Assembly (NCBI GenBank): GCA_963662795.1
Contig: OY759746.1
Location: forward strand, 64,001 to 128,000
DNA length: 64,000 nt
Direction of reading: 5' to 3'
Origin: Spirochaetia bacterium
Lineage (GTDB): Bacteria > Spirochaetota > Spirochaetia > CADAEX01
Positions 9,894 to 19,031 of the stretch are shown here, in pieces. Under the pieces are notes generated by a model. It searched no databases. It was given only the letters and a program-made list of their open reading frames with translations, and was not told the DNA's origin. A program made the position numbers and the translations under genes. How positions within the stretch are numbered: the stretch's first letter is position 1; every line of letters begins with the position of its first letter.

Positions 9894-11693
9894 ATGCAGA
9901 ATACTTTAAAATTTTACACGGCAAAACTTAAATCAAAACCGGAACTGATACTTTCATTTATATTTATTGCAGTCTTTTCATTTTTGATAGTTGTCCCGTT
10001 CCTTAAAATGATTTATACAACCTTAACCTACCAGACTTATGACCTTCGCCTGGCAAGAGGTGCTGTTAAAGGTGCATTTACCCTGTTCCATTACCAAAGG
10101 GTTTTTGCAAGTGATTTAACCAAAGCGTTTTTTATTACACCTTTTATCAACAGTATCTATGTAGGGTTCAGTGTAACAATTATAGCTATGATTATCGGAT
10201 CTCTACTTGCCTGGCTTTTTGTAAGAACAGATATTCCGTACAAGAAATTCTTTCAGACAATCATTGTTGTTCCCTATATGATCCCTTCATGGGTTATCGC
10301 GCTTGCGTGGCTGCTGTTTTTTCAGAACTCAAGGATCGGCGGCAAATCAGGGGTCTTAAGCATTTTTTTCGGGATAAACGTTCCTGACTGGCTTTCCTAT
10401 GGATTTGTACCGACAGTAATATGCCTTGCCCTGCACTACTATTCATATACATTTCTGCTGATGTCAGGTGCGCTCAGGACTATTGATTCGGAGCTTGAAG
10501 AAGCCGGCGCAATTGCAGGATTAAAAAGGAGAGATGTTCTTAAGAAAATAACATTTCCCCTGGTTCTTCCTGCACTCGGATCCTCCTTTGTCCTTACTGT
10601 AACAAGAAGCATGGGAACATTCGGAACTCCGGCCCTCCTTGGGCTCCCTGTCCGTTTTTTCACACTCCCTACGCAGATTTATGCAATGATAAATTCCAGG
10701 AACATGGGCGACAGTTTTGTTCTTGCCCTTGTTCTTATAGTTCTTGCCTTTACAGCTATTTCAATCAACAACAGAATAATCGGTGTGCGTAAAAGTTTTG
10801 TTACGATGAAGGGAAAGGGGTTCAGGGCCAATCCCATGAAACTCGGGAAGGCAAAGCCTGTTCTTCTTGCCGTCTTGTTTATATTTATTTTACTGATTAT
10901 TGTACTGCCGATTGTAATGCTCACATGGAGTACCTTTATGCGGCAGGCGGATAATTACTCGCCATCCAACCTGACAAGCCACTTCTGGATTGGGGAGAGC
11001 GATGCCCAGATTTCAAGCGGAGAACCCGGGATTTTCAGAAACAGGGGTATTCTCAGGGCTACCCTTAACTCAATAAAACTGGGAATATCAGCATCTGTGA
11101 TAAATGCCCTTCTGGGGCTGCTTATAGGTTATTCTGTTGTGAAAAACAGGGGTACAAGGTTATCCAAAATCATCGAAGGGGTTGCTTTTGCCCCGTATGT
11201 GTTTCCGGGAATAGCGTTCAGCGCAATATATCTGGGGATGTTTTCAAAATCTTTCGGACCGATTCCGGCCCTCTACGGGACATTCAGCCTGATACTGCTT
11301 ATAGTTATAGTAAAAAACCTGCCGTTTTCCTCAAGATCAGGAATTGCGGCAATGCTTCAGGTGGATAAATCACTAGAGGAAACAGCCAGCATACAGGGAA
11401 TTCCCTGGTTTAAGCGTTTCCGGCTTATCATTCTTCCGTTATGCAAAAGCGGATTTATTTCAGGGATGCTTTTAACATTTATTACGTCAATGAGGGAACT
11501 TTCCCTTGTAATTCTCCTTGTCGCTCCGACAACCGGGCTCTTAACAACAGTCATATTCAGCTACAAGACACAGGAGCAGACCCAGCATGTCAACGGCGTC
11601 ACGCTGATGCTGCTGGTAATAATAATTATTGCAAATATCCTTATTAAATTATTTGCGAATATAAAAAATGAACAATCAATCAATCTGGGGTAA
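9894..11693 (+). CDS. Fe3+-type ABC transporter permease (FbpB/ThiP-like, two EAA repeats)
   Basis: IDSELEEAGAIAG and VDKSLEETASIQG loops; about 12 TM; start MQNTLK at 9894 after SD AGGGGA. Confidence 0.88.
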   Translation: MQNTLKFYTAKLKSKPELILSFIFIAVFSFLIVVPFLKMIYTTLTYQTYDLRLARGAVKGAFTLFHYQRVFASDLTKAFFITPFINSIYVGFSVTIIAMIIGSLLAWLFVRTDIPYKKFFQTIIVVPYMIPSWVIALAWLLFFQNSRIGGKSGVLSIFFGINVPDWLSYGFVPTVICLALHYYSYTFLLMSGALRTIDSELEEAGAIAGLKRRDVLKKITFPLVLPALGSSFVLTVTRSMGTFGTPALLGLPVRFFTLPTQIYAMINSRNMGDSFVLALVLIVLAFTAISINNRIIGVRKSFVTMKGKGFRANPMKLGKAKPVLLAVLFIFILLIIVLPIVMLTWSTFMRQADNYSPSNLTSHFWIGESDAQISSGEPGIFRNRGILRATLNSIKLGISASVINALLGLLIGYSVVKNRGTRLSKIIEGVAFAPYVFPGIAFSAIYLGMFSKSFGPIPALYGTFSLILLIVIVKNLPFSSRSGIAAMLQVDKSLEETASIQGIPWFKRFRLIILPLCKSGFISGMLLTFITSMRELSLVILLVAPTTGLLTTVIFSYKTQEQTQHVNGVTLMLLVIIIIANILIKLFANIKNEQSINLG

Positions 11694-11696
11694 AAA

Positions 11697-12797
11697 ATGA
11701 GCAAAATAAGTCTTAAAGGAATATCTAAAAATTACGGAAAGGTTGCCGCTGTAGATAATATAGATCTCGAAGTTGTTAAAGGGGAATTCCTGACTCTTCT
11801 CGGTCCTTCCGGCTGCGGCAAGACAACCACCCTCCGGATGATGGCGGGCCTTGAGGATCCTACTTCCGGGGAACTGATGACGGAAGATAATGTCCTTTAT
11901 TCTAAGGAAAAAGGGATATATGTACCTCCTGAGATGAGAAACATGGGCTTTATGTTTCAAAGTTATGCGCTATGGCCTCATATGAATGTGACAAAAAATA
12001 TAACGCTTGGCCTTGAATCAAAAAAAATCCCCGCCGTGGAAATAAAATCCAGGGTATCGGATGTCCTTGAGAAAGTTCAGCTTACCGGATATGAAGAGCG
12101 CTTCCCCTCAGAGCTGTCAGGCGGACAGCAGCAGCGGGTAGCCCTTGCCAGAATGATTGCCGCAAAATCAGATATATTTCTTATGGATGAGCCGCTCTCT
12201 AATCTTGATGCTATGCTTAGAATTGACATGAGAAGCAAGCTCAAGCACCTCCACAGGGAAGTTGGCGCGACAACAATTTATGTTACGCATGACCAGGTTG
12301 AGGCTTTGACACTTTCAGACAGGATAGTGGTAATGAATAAGGGTAAAATACTGCAGTGCGATACCCCGGAGATGATATATAAAAAACCCGGAGACCTTTT
12401 TGTGGCGAAGTTTGTCGGCAGCCCTGTAATAAATCTTTTAAAAGGCAAGGTTGAAAGGAAAGGGGAAATATTGTCATTTATCAACAATGACATCTCTCTT
12501 GAACTCAGCAGGATACCTGAAAGCGCAGATTTAAGCGGAGAAGTGATAGCTGCAGTCAGGGCAGAGGATATCACACTCGCAAAATCCCCGGCAGGCAAAC
12601 CGGGTCAGCCGTTCAATGTTTATTCAGTTCTTCCGGTAGGAAGCGAGACAATTGTCGCAATAAAAAGAGGCGCGATAGAACTTGTAATCAAGCTTTCAGG
12701 TTTCGCCAATATAGAGGTTGATGACAGTCTTGAGATAGAGATCAAGTCTCACAAGATTTCTTTTTATAACCCGGAAACTGAAAAACTGATATTTTAG
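11697..12797 (+). CDS. ABC transporter ATP-binding protein (FbpC/PotA/MalK-like, TOBE domain)
   Basis: GPSGCGKT, LSGGQQQR, MDEPLSNLD, YVTHDQ. Confidence 0.93.
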   Translation: MSKISLKGISKNYGKVAAVDNIDLEVVKGEFLTLLGPSGCGKTTTLRMMAGLEDPTSGELMTEDNVLYSKEKGIYVPPEMRNMGFMFQSYALWPHMNVTKNITLGLESKKIPAVEIKSRVSDVLEKVQLTGYEERFPSELSGGQQQRVALARMIAAKSDIFLMDEPLSNLDAMLRIDMRSKLKHLHREVGATTIYVTHDQVEALTLSDRIVVMNKGKILQCDTPEMIYKKPGDLFVAKFVGSPVINLLKGKVERKGEILSFINNDISLELSRIPESADLSGEVIAAVRAEDITLAKSPAGKPGQPFNVYSVLPVGSETIVAIKRGAIELVIKLSGFANIEVDDSLEIEIKSHKISFYNPETEKLIF

Positions 12798-12853
12798 CGG
12801 TCAGGGACTGCTTTTTAATTGCAGGAATAATCAATCTCTGTATAATTATTAAT

Positions 12854-13531
12854 ATGAATAAAAAAAATATAATAGCAGCAGTATCAGCACTGCTGTTATT
12901 ATCCATAGTTTTTTTCACTTCAGTTTATGTTTTTTCACCTGCCGGAGAGCTTCAGCATCTGAATAATGTAGAAGTAAGAGAATACGAAGGAGAGAACCTT
13001 TCCCTTATTACTGATTTCAGGAACAATTCCATCAGGGGAACACCGGATATAAATATTAAAAAATACAGACTTGAAATTGATGGCCTTGTTTCGGAAAAAA
13101 AATCTTTAAAATATAAGAATGTACTTAAATATATTAATTATTCAAAGGTTGTAACTCTCAATTGCGTGGAAGGCTGGAGTGTGAACATTCTCTGGGAAGG
13201 GGTGCTCTTAAAAGACCTTTTAAATGATGCCGGAATAAAACCTGAAACCAGAACAGTTATCTTCCATGCAGCAGACGGCTACAGCTCTTCCCTTCCCCTT
13301 GATTATGTTCTAGACAGGAATATCATTCTTGCCTGGAAAATAAACGGTATACCGCTTCCGCCTGACAGAGGATTTCCTTTTCAGGTTATAGCTGAAGACA
13401 AATGGGGATATAAATGGGTCAGATGGGTTACAGGAATTGAGCTTTCAGAAAATGCTGATTACAGGGGTTACTGGGAAAAGGCCGGATATAACATTAAAGG
13501 GGATTTAAGCGGCCCAAAACTTGCCGATTGA
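12854..13531 (+). CDS. Membrane-anchored molybdopterin-dependent oxidoreductase (sulfite oxidase/MsrP-like)
   Basis: N-terminal TM, LNCVEGWS (Mo-ligand Cys), DGYSSSLPL, GFP, GYKWVRWV, GYWE. Confidence 0.88.
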   Translation: MNKKNIIAAVSALLLLSIVFFTSVYVFSPAGELQHLNNVEVREYEGENLSLITDFRNNSIRGTPDINIKKYRLEIDGLVSEKKSLKYKNVLKYINYSKVVTLNCVEGWSVNILWEGVLLKDLLNDAGIKPETRTVIFHAADGYSSSLPLDYVLDRNIILAWKINGIPLPPDRGFPFQVIAEDKWGYKWVRWVTGIELSENADYRGYWEKAGYNIKGDLSGPKLAD

Positions 13532-13576
13532 ATCACTGCCTTCAGATTATAATTTATTACAGATTCTCTTGTTTTT

Positions 13577-14791
13577 TCAGGAACCGGTAAAACCTGCTTT
13601 TGTCTTTTCTCCCCTCCACCATATGAGAATCGGAAGGACAGCCGCGAAAAGCAAAAATCCTCCTGAGATAAATGCCGCACCGAGACTGAATGCCTGGGCA
13701 ATGATGCCGAAAAAGAGCGGATTTATCAGCTGGGCAAGGCGGTTTCCCGTAAGCCTTATTCCCATCGCAACTCCCCTGTCTTCCGGTTTTACCCCTTCCG
13801 ATACTGTTGCCATTGAAAGAGGCAGGGCAAGACCGAGACCTATCCCGATAAAAACAGAGTTAATAATCAGCAGGAAATGACCTTTACAGAAAGGCGTACT
13901 GCCTATACCGGCGGAGAGGATAAAAATACTTATAATCAGCGCGGGGAATCTTCCACCGGCTTTTTTTACAATTGCCGGCATATAAAACCTCACAGAAACT
14001 GACGTCAGCGCCCGCAATGACATATAAACACCAATAACTGTAGCTGAATATCCGAATTGCTTTAGCATAACCGGATAAAACGTCAGGCGTGCTCCATCGG
14101 CAAACAGGACTGCAAAACTTGCCAGTATGGCAATCAAAACATAAACCGATACCAACTCTCTGATCCCTTTCTTCTTTTTTTTACCTCCGGCACCGGTTTT
14201 ATCCGCAGTGTTTATTTTTCCGGAATAAAGCCTGCCGGGAAAAACAAATATTATTAATGCCATTGAGAGCGCTATAACAGTCCAGGTCAGGCGGTGTCCG
14301 ACAGTATCAATCAATCCGCCTGCAATTGCAGGGCCGGCCATCTGCCCAAGAGCTCCCGCAGTCCCGTACCAGCCGAAATCGCTGTTAAGGTCCCGCCCTT
14401 CTCCCAGACTTCCAACATGTGACTGTGCGCCGAGAAAAAAAAGCAGTTTTCCTATCTCAAGAAAAAAAAGGCCGGCGACAAGACCTTTAACATTTGGAAA
14501 AACTGTTATTACAACACAGGCAGCCGTATATAGTATTCCCGCCCTCTGCATCATAAGCCTTGAACCCCAGGTGTTAATTAGAAATCCGCCCGGTACCGCA
14601 AGCAGAAGAGAGCCCACTGTGCTGAAGCTTATTATAATTCCTATAAGTCCCGGAGGTATTTGAAGATGAACAAGATGCAGCGGTATGAGCGGGCTTGCCA
14701 TTGAAAAAACACAGGTGGCAAATCCTGAACAAATGCATAAAAATAAAAGCTCACGGCTGCCGGGATAGTCTGATGAACTGCTGCTTTTCAT
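13577..14791 (-). CDS. MFS transporter
   Basis: About 12 TM, GQMAGPAIAG, RGVAMG motifs. Confidence 0.85.
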   Translation of the reverse strand: MKSSSSSDYPGSRELLFLCICSGFATCVFSMASPLIPLHLVHLQIPPGLIGIIISFSTVGSLLLAVPGGFLINTWGSRLMMQRAGILYTAACVVITVFPNVKGLVAGLFFLEIGKLLFFLGAQSHVGSLGEGRDLNSDFGWYGTAGALGQMAGPAIAGGLIDTVGHRLTWTVIALSMALIIFVFPGRLYSGKINTADKTGAGGKKKKKGIRELVSVYVLIAILASFAVLFADGARLTFYPVMLKQFGYSATVIGVYMSLRALTSVSVRFYMPAIVKKAGGRFPALIISIFILSAGIGSTPFCKGHFLLIINSVFIGIGLGLALPLSMATVSEGVKPEDRGVAMGIRLTGNRLAQLINPLFFGIIAQAFSLGAAFISGGFLLFAAVLPILIWWRGEKTKAGFTGS

Positions 14792-14822
14792 AAACTTATT
14801 AAACCACAGGGATTAAGATCTT

Positions 14823-15689
14823 TCATTTTTTTTTACTGAGAAACTTATAAACAGCTGAAAAATCTTCTCTTCCGAAACCGCTTTTTTTTGCATCAGCATA
14901 GATTTCCTTGGCAATATTTACAGAATACAAGGGTTGATTGTTTTCATATGCAGTCAAGGCTGCCAGATGCAGGTCTTTGTGCATCCATTCGAGAGGGAAC
15001 TGCAGCTCATATTTATCTGCACGAATCATTTCAGCTTTTGCTTTTGTGAAAGGGGCGGAAACAGGCAGGGTTGGTAATGTATCAAGTAAAAAATCTTTAG
15101 ATAAACCCAGTCTTTCTCCAAGCAATAGAGTTTCGGAAAAAATCAGCATGGATTGAGCAAGAAGTGAATTTACCAGCATCTTCAATGATGTACCCTTACC
15201 TGTATCTCCTGCGTTAATTATTTTATTTCCCATGTATTTCAGGTAAGGTTCAATTTCCGAAATATTATGGGCTTCTCCTCCTGTAAAAAAAACGAGTTCC
15301 CCTTTTTCTGCATTGGGCTTTGAACCTGCGACCGGGGCGTCAATAAAACGCACTTTATGTTTTGCGGCGGTTTTTGAACATAAAAGTGAAAAAGATGGAT
15401 TTACGGTAGAACAGTCTGTCCATATGGCATTTTCTTTCATTCCTGAAATAAACCCGGTATCTGAAAGAGCTACCTGGGCAACAGCTTCAGGAGTAGAGAG
15501 CATTGTAAAAACAATATCAGCATTTTTTACCGCATCAGCACATGAGACAGCCTTTATTGCGCCATCCCCGGCAAGTTTATCGGAAGGACCCGCTGAACGG
15601 TTAAAAACAGTAAGCGGAACATTATTTTTCAGCAAATTTGCCGCCATGCGGCTCCCCATAATCCCCAGTCCTATAAATGTTACTTTCAT
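14823..15689 (-). CDS. NAD(P)-dependent beta-hydroxyacid dehydrogenase (3-hydroxyisobutyrate DH family)
   Basis: FIGLGIMGSRMA, DAPVAGS, KMLVN, KDL. Confidence 0.9.
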   Translation of the reverse strand: MKVTFIGLGIMGSRMAANLLKNNVPLTVFNRSAGPSDKLAGDGAIKAVSCADAVKNADIVFTMLSTPEAVAQVALSDTGFISGMKENAIWTDCSTVNPSFSLLCSKTAAKHKVRFIDAPVAGSKPNAEKGELVFFTGGEAHNISEIEPYLKYMGNKIINAGDTGKGTSLKMLVNSLLAQSMLIFSETLLLGERLGLSKDFLLDTLPTLPVSAPFTKAKAEMIRADKYELQFPLEWMHKDLHLAALTAYENNQPLYSVNIAKEIYADAKKSGFGREDFSAVYKFLSKKK

Positions 15690-15799
15690 CGCTTTTCCCT
15701 ATAAAATTGAATATTATTCTGTAAATTTTCCATTTTTTTCTGATTATATACTAAATAAAAAATAATTTATCAGGTTTTTAATTTTTTTTAAAATCTTTC

Positions 15800-15846
15800 T
15801 TGACAGAACTATCAATCATATTTATACTGACCATTGTTCAGTCAGT
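15800..15846 (+). promoter_or_regulatory. Sigma70 promoter with overlapping TetR-type operator
   Basis: TTGACA (15800-15805), 17 bp, TATACT (15823-15828); inverted repeat ACTGAC-N9-GTCAGT (15826-15846) over -10/+1. Confidence 0.65.
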
Positions 15847-15877
15847 GACTATTGGTACCTATAAAACAGGAGATAAA

Positions 15878-16612
15878 ATGAATAAAAGAGAGAAACAGAA
15901 AGAGGAAACAGTTGCAGATATTCTCCGTATTTCAGAGGAGCTCTTCCATGAACAGGGTTACGAAAAAACAACAATTCAGGATATTGCTGATCATTGCGGA
16001 CTTTCAAAAGGAGCCCTTTACCACCACTTCAGGTCAAAGGAGGAAGTGCTCGAAAGGATCTGCTGCAACCAGTATATCTACATGAAAGAAACATTCCTTC
16101 CAATTGTAAACGAGAGCGGCCCTTCAATGCTGGAGAAACTGAAGAGAATAATGACCATAGCCCGGAATTCGCGGATGAATACAGCATCTGCCTCTTTTTC
16201 CAGGGATAAATCTCCGGGTCTAAAAAGCATTGAAAATGCTGCAATGGGAAAGCTTATGGATAACTACAGTAAAAAAATCTATACCGATATCTTTGCGCCC
16301 CTTTTTGCTGAGGGGAGAGAAAAAGGGGAATGCAGTTTTCCGGGTTCGGCTGAGATCATGGCCCTTTTTATCCACCACCTTGATACCGGAATGAGCGATC
16401 ACCTCAACATGATTCTGGATAAGACGGTTCATGGAACTTCAGATCAGGAATTATCAGAGATAACAGAGGCGGAGCAGCAGATCAGAGACACAATCTATGG
16501 ATTTTCATACGCACTGTCAAAGCTCCTTTATATCGATGAAAAAACAGTTATGGATGTCACACTTGCTGACAAAATGTTTGAGCAGTATGTAAAAATACTG
16601 AAGAAAAGATAA
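15878..16612 (+). CDS. TetR/AcrR family transcriptional regulator
   Basis: LFHEQGYEKTTIQDIADHCGLSKGALYHHFRSKEE HTH; SD AGGAG before ATG 15878. Confidence 0.92.
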   Translation: MNKREKQKEETVADILRISEELFHEQGYEKTTIQDIADHCGLSKGALYHHFRSKEEVLERICCNQYIYMKETFLPIVNESGPSMLEKLKRIMTIARNSRMNTASASFSRDKSPGLKSIENAAMGKLMDNYSKKIYTDIFAPLFAEGREKGECSFPGSAEIMALFIHHLDTGMSDHLNMILDKTVHGTSDQELSEITEAEQQIRDTIYGFSYALSKLLYIDEKTVMDVTLADKMFEQYVKILKKR

Positions 16613-16666
16613 ATAAGCAAAACCCGAGACATGTTTTCTCTTAAGAAAAATCAAAGGAATATTTTC

Positions 16667-17641
16667 ATGAAGAAAGGACTATTAATTATTATAATCTTTG
16701 CCCTTGGCATACCTCTTATTGCGCAGAACAGCAGCAGTGAAGAGAAGAAGAATATCAATATCATTCCCATTGCAGGTTATAATCTGCTGTCACTTGAGAA
16801 ACAGACAATCCGCTCACCGGGTGCGGGTCTTGCAATAATATCCGGAGAGATGAATCCGCAATCAACAGAAGAAACTGACAACTTCCAGGCCATACTTTTA
16901 TACAATTATCACATACTGGAGGATAAACCGCTTTTCAGCTACCCTGACAGTTACCATAGTATCGAATTCCTGCTGCAGAGAAAAATTGAGCGCCATCAGT
17001 ATTTTTCTCTCTTTAAAAGCTATTCAGATAAACCGGCAGCCGGAGGGCTTCATACTTTCGCATTTGTAAACGGTTACGGTTATGAACTGGTACACACAGA
17101 AAAAAACTCACTTTCACTGGGCGCATCCCTGTGCGTGACAGAACTGGGACTCGAACTCCCGGATGGAAGTTCCTGGCCGGTAATACCCCTTCCTTTTATC
17201 CACTATGAGTACAGCTCCAGAATTGCTGATTTCTCTTTTGATTTCACAACATCGCCGATGGCGGAACTTGTAATAGCCCCGGAAGAAAGATTCCGCTTTA
17301 ACAACTCAATTATGATAACTGATCTCGATGTAAAAGATATCCGCGATTTAAAGTTCGATACATCACTTGAGTACCGTTTTTTTCCATCAGGCCATCCAAT
17401 GGGAGATTTCGCAGGGCTGAAGATAGGGTTTCTGGGTGAGGACTACAGCTATGACATCAGCGGCAGAAGTAAAAAAGAACTTCAGATTTCATGGTATGCA
17501 TTCTACTCGACCCTTGATCTGTCACTGCTGCAGGTTACAGGCGGTTATGCTTTTGCAGGTGAGGAATGCTACTCGGGTGATTACACAAGGGATATCGGCA
17601 GCGGATTGTATATGAAGCTTCAGCTGGCATACCAGTTTTAA
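16667..17641 (+). CDS. Secreted protein, probable outer-membrane beta-barrel
   Basis: Signal peptide MKKGLLIII...LIAQ; alternating amphipathic strands; C-terminal LQLAYQF. Confidence 0.55.
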   Translation: MKKGLLIIIIFALGIPLIAQNSSSEEKKNINIIPIAGYNLLSLEKQTIRSPGAGLAIISGEMNPQSTEETDNFQAILLYNYHILEDKPLFSYPDSYHSIEFLLQRKIERHQYFSLFKSYSDKPAAGGLHTFAFVNGYGYELVHTEKNSLSLGASLCVTELGLELPDGSSWPVIPLPFIHYEYSSRIADFSFDFTTSPMAELVIAPEERFRFNNSIMITDLDVKDIRDLKFDTSLEYRFFPSGHPMGDFAGLKIGFLGEDYSYDISGRSKKELQISWYAFYSTLDLSLLQVTGGYAFAGEECYSGDYTRDIGSGLYMKLQLAYQF

Positions 17642-17660
17642 CAATGGAGATTAACTGATT

Positions 17661-19031
17661 ATGTCTGGAAACAATAAGCAAACAGCTCTAAATAAAGCTT
17701 TTTCAGGATTCCTGGTAATCTGGACCGGCGAATTTCTTTCAGGCATCGGGTCCGGCCTTACCGCATTTGCCCTTGCCGCCTACGCATTCAGACAGACAGG
17801 CCTTGCATCAAGCGCTGCTATGATTTACCTGTGCACATTTCTGCCCGCATTTCTGCTCCGTCCGGCAGGTGGAGTGCTTGCCGACAGAATGGACAGGAGA
17901 TTATTAATGATTGCGGGCAATATCGGATCAGGTCTGGGTATTGCCGTTATTCTGCTGCTCATGAACGCAAATAAAGAGGCTTTATGGATGATTTACCCCG
18001 GCGCTGTATTAAGTTCTGTATTCACGGCAGTTCACAGCCCGGCCTACAAGGCTTCGGTTTCTGATTTTCTGCCGAGAGAACTATATGAAAAAGCAAGCGG
18101 ATTACTGCAGTTGTCAGGCGCAGCGCCTCTTCTGGCAGCCCCATTTATTGCCGGTCTTCTAATGTCTTTTTTTGATATCAGGCTAATTCTGATAATCGAC
18201 ATACTGACATTTATAATATCCGCTTCTGTAATTATATTTATCAGACAGAAACTGGATATTAAAGTCAAGGCACGTAAGATAAAAACCAGTTTCGCCTCTG
18301 AAATGTTTGAGGGGTTTAAAGCATTAAATGCAAGCAGGGGGATATTTCTACTGACATTAATTGTTTCCCTGATACTTTTCAACATAGGCCTCCTGCAAAC
18401 CCTGCTCGGGCCAATGGTTCTCTCCTTTACAGATACTGCCTCACTGGGAACAGCCCAGTCAGTCTGCGCGTCGGGAATGGTGATCAGCAGCCTGATTATA
18501 GGAGGGAGAAGGGATAGCGGCGGAAAAAAAAGATATGTTACAGTACTTTCAGTCTCACTGGCATTAATGGGCCTGTTTTTCTCATTTATCGGGATAAGAG
18601 AGAATATCCGGATGATAATTATCCCCGGGTTTCTCTTTTTTTCAACCCTCCCCTTTGTCAATTCCAGTATCGAGGTACTGATCAGGGGGAATATAAGCAA
18701 CGAGAAACAGGGAAGGGCCTGGGCCATGATATCATTTATAACCTACTTCGGATCCATCATAGCCTTTGCCGCTGCCGGGTTTCTTTCAGACAGGATTTTC
18801 AATCCCCTTTTAATGCCCGGCGGCCTGCTTGAGTCAAGTCTTGGTCATATTTTCGGAACAGGAGCAGGCCGGGGTATTGCCCTGATTTTCTTTATATCCG
18901 GAATAATTGTAATTTATTTATCAACAATCATTTACAGGTCAAAAACAATTCAAAGCCTGGAATTATCAGGAAATACCGCACCTGTCAGCAGAAAATCAAA
19001 TTACACGATCTCAGTAAAGGAGGCAGGTTAA
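17661..19031 (+). CDS. MFS transporter (DHA3/macrolide-efflux-like)
   Basis: IWTGEFLSGIGSGLT.FAL, GVLADRMDRR, KQGR. Confidence 0.88.
   Translation: MSGNNKQTALNKAFSGFLVIWTGEFLSGIGSGLTAFALAAYAFRQTGLASSAAMIYLCTFLPAFLLRPAGGVLADRMDRRLLMIAGNIGSGLGIAVILLLMNANKEALWMIYPGAVLSSVFTAVHSPAYKASVSDFLPRELYEKASGLLQLSGAAPLLAAPFIAGLLMSFFDIRLILIIDILTFIISASVIIFIRQKLDIKVKARKIKTSFASEMFEGFKALNASRGIFLLTLIVSLILFNIGLLQTLLGPMVLSFTDTASLGTAQSVCASGMVISSLIIGGRRDSGGKKRYVTVLSVSLALMGLFFSFIGIRENIRMIIIPGFLFFSTLPFVNSSIEVLIRGNISNEKQGRAWAMISFITYFGSIIAFAAAGFLSDRIFNPLLMPGGLLESSLGHIFGTGAGRGIALIFFISGIIVIYLSTIIYRSKTIQSLELSGNTAPVSRKSNYTISVKEAG

Noticed and set aside
6120-13531. Sulfur theme (YeeE pair, sulfite-oxidase-like protein, nearby desulfurase) as one pathway
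   Set aside because: The genes are in separate transcription units with unrelated genes between; no shared motif seen.
18044-18727. Long antisense ORFs (18044-18727, 30025-30516, 31499-31963, 59685-60203 and many shorter ones)
   Set aside because: Shadow ORFs opposite or within well-supported genes, with no motifs of their own.
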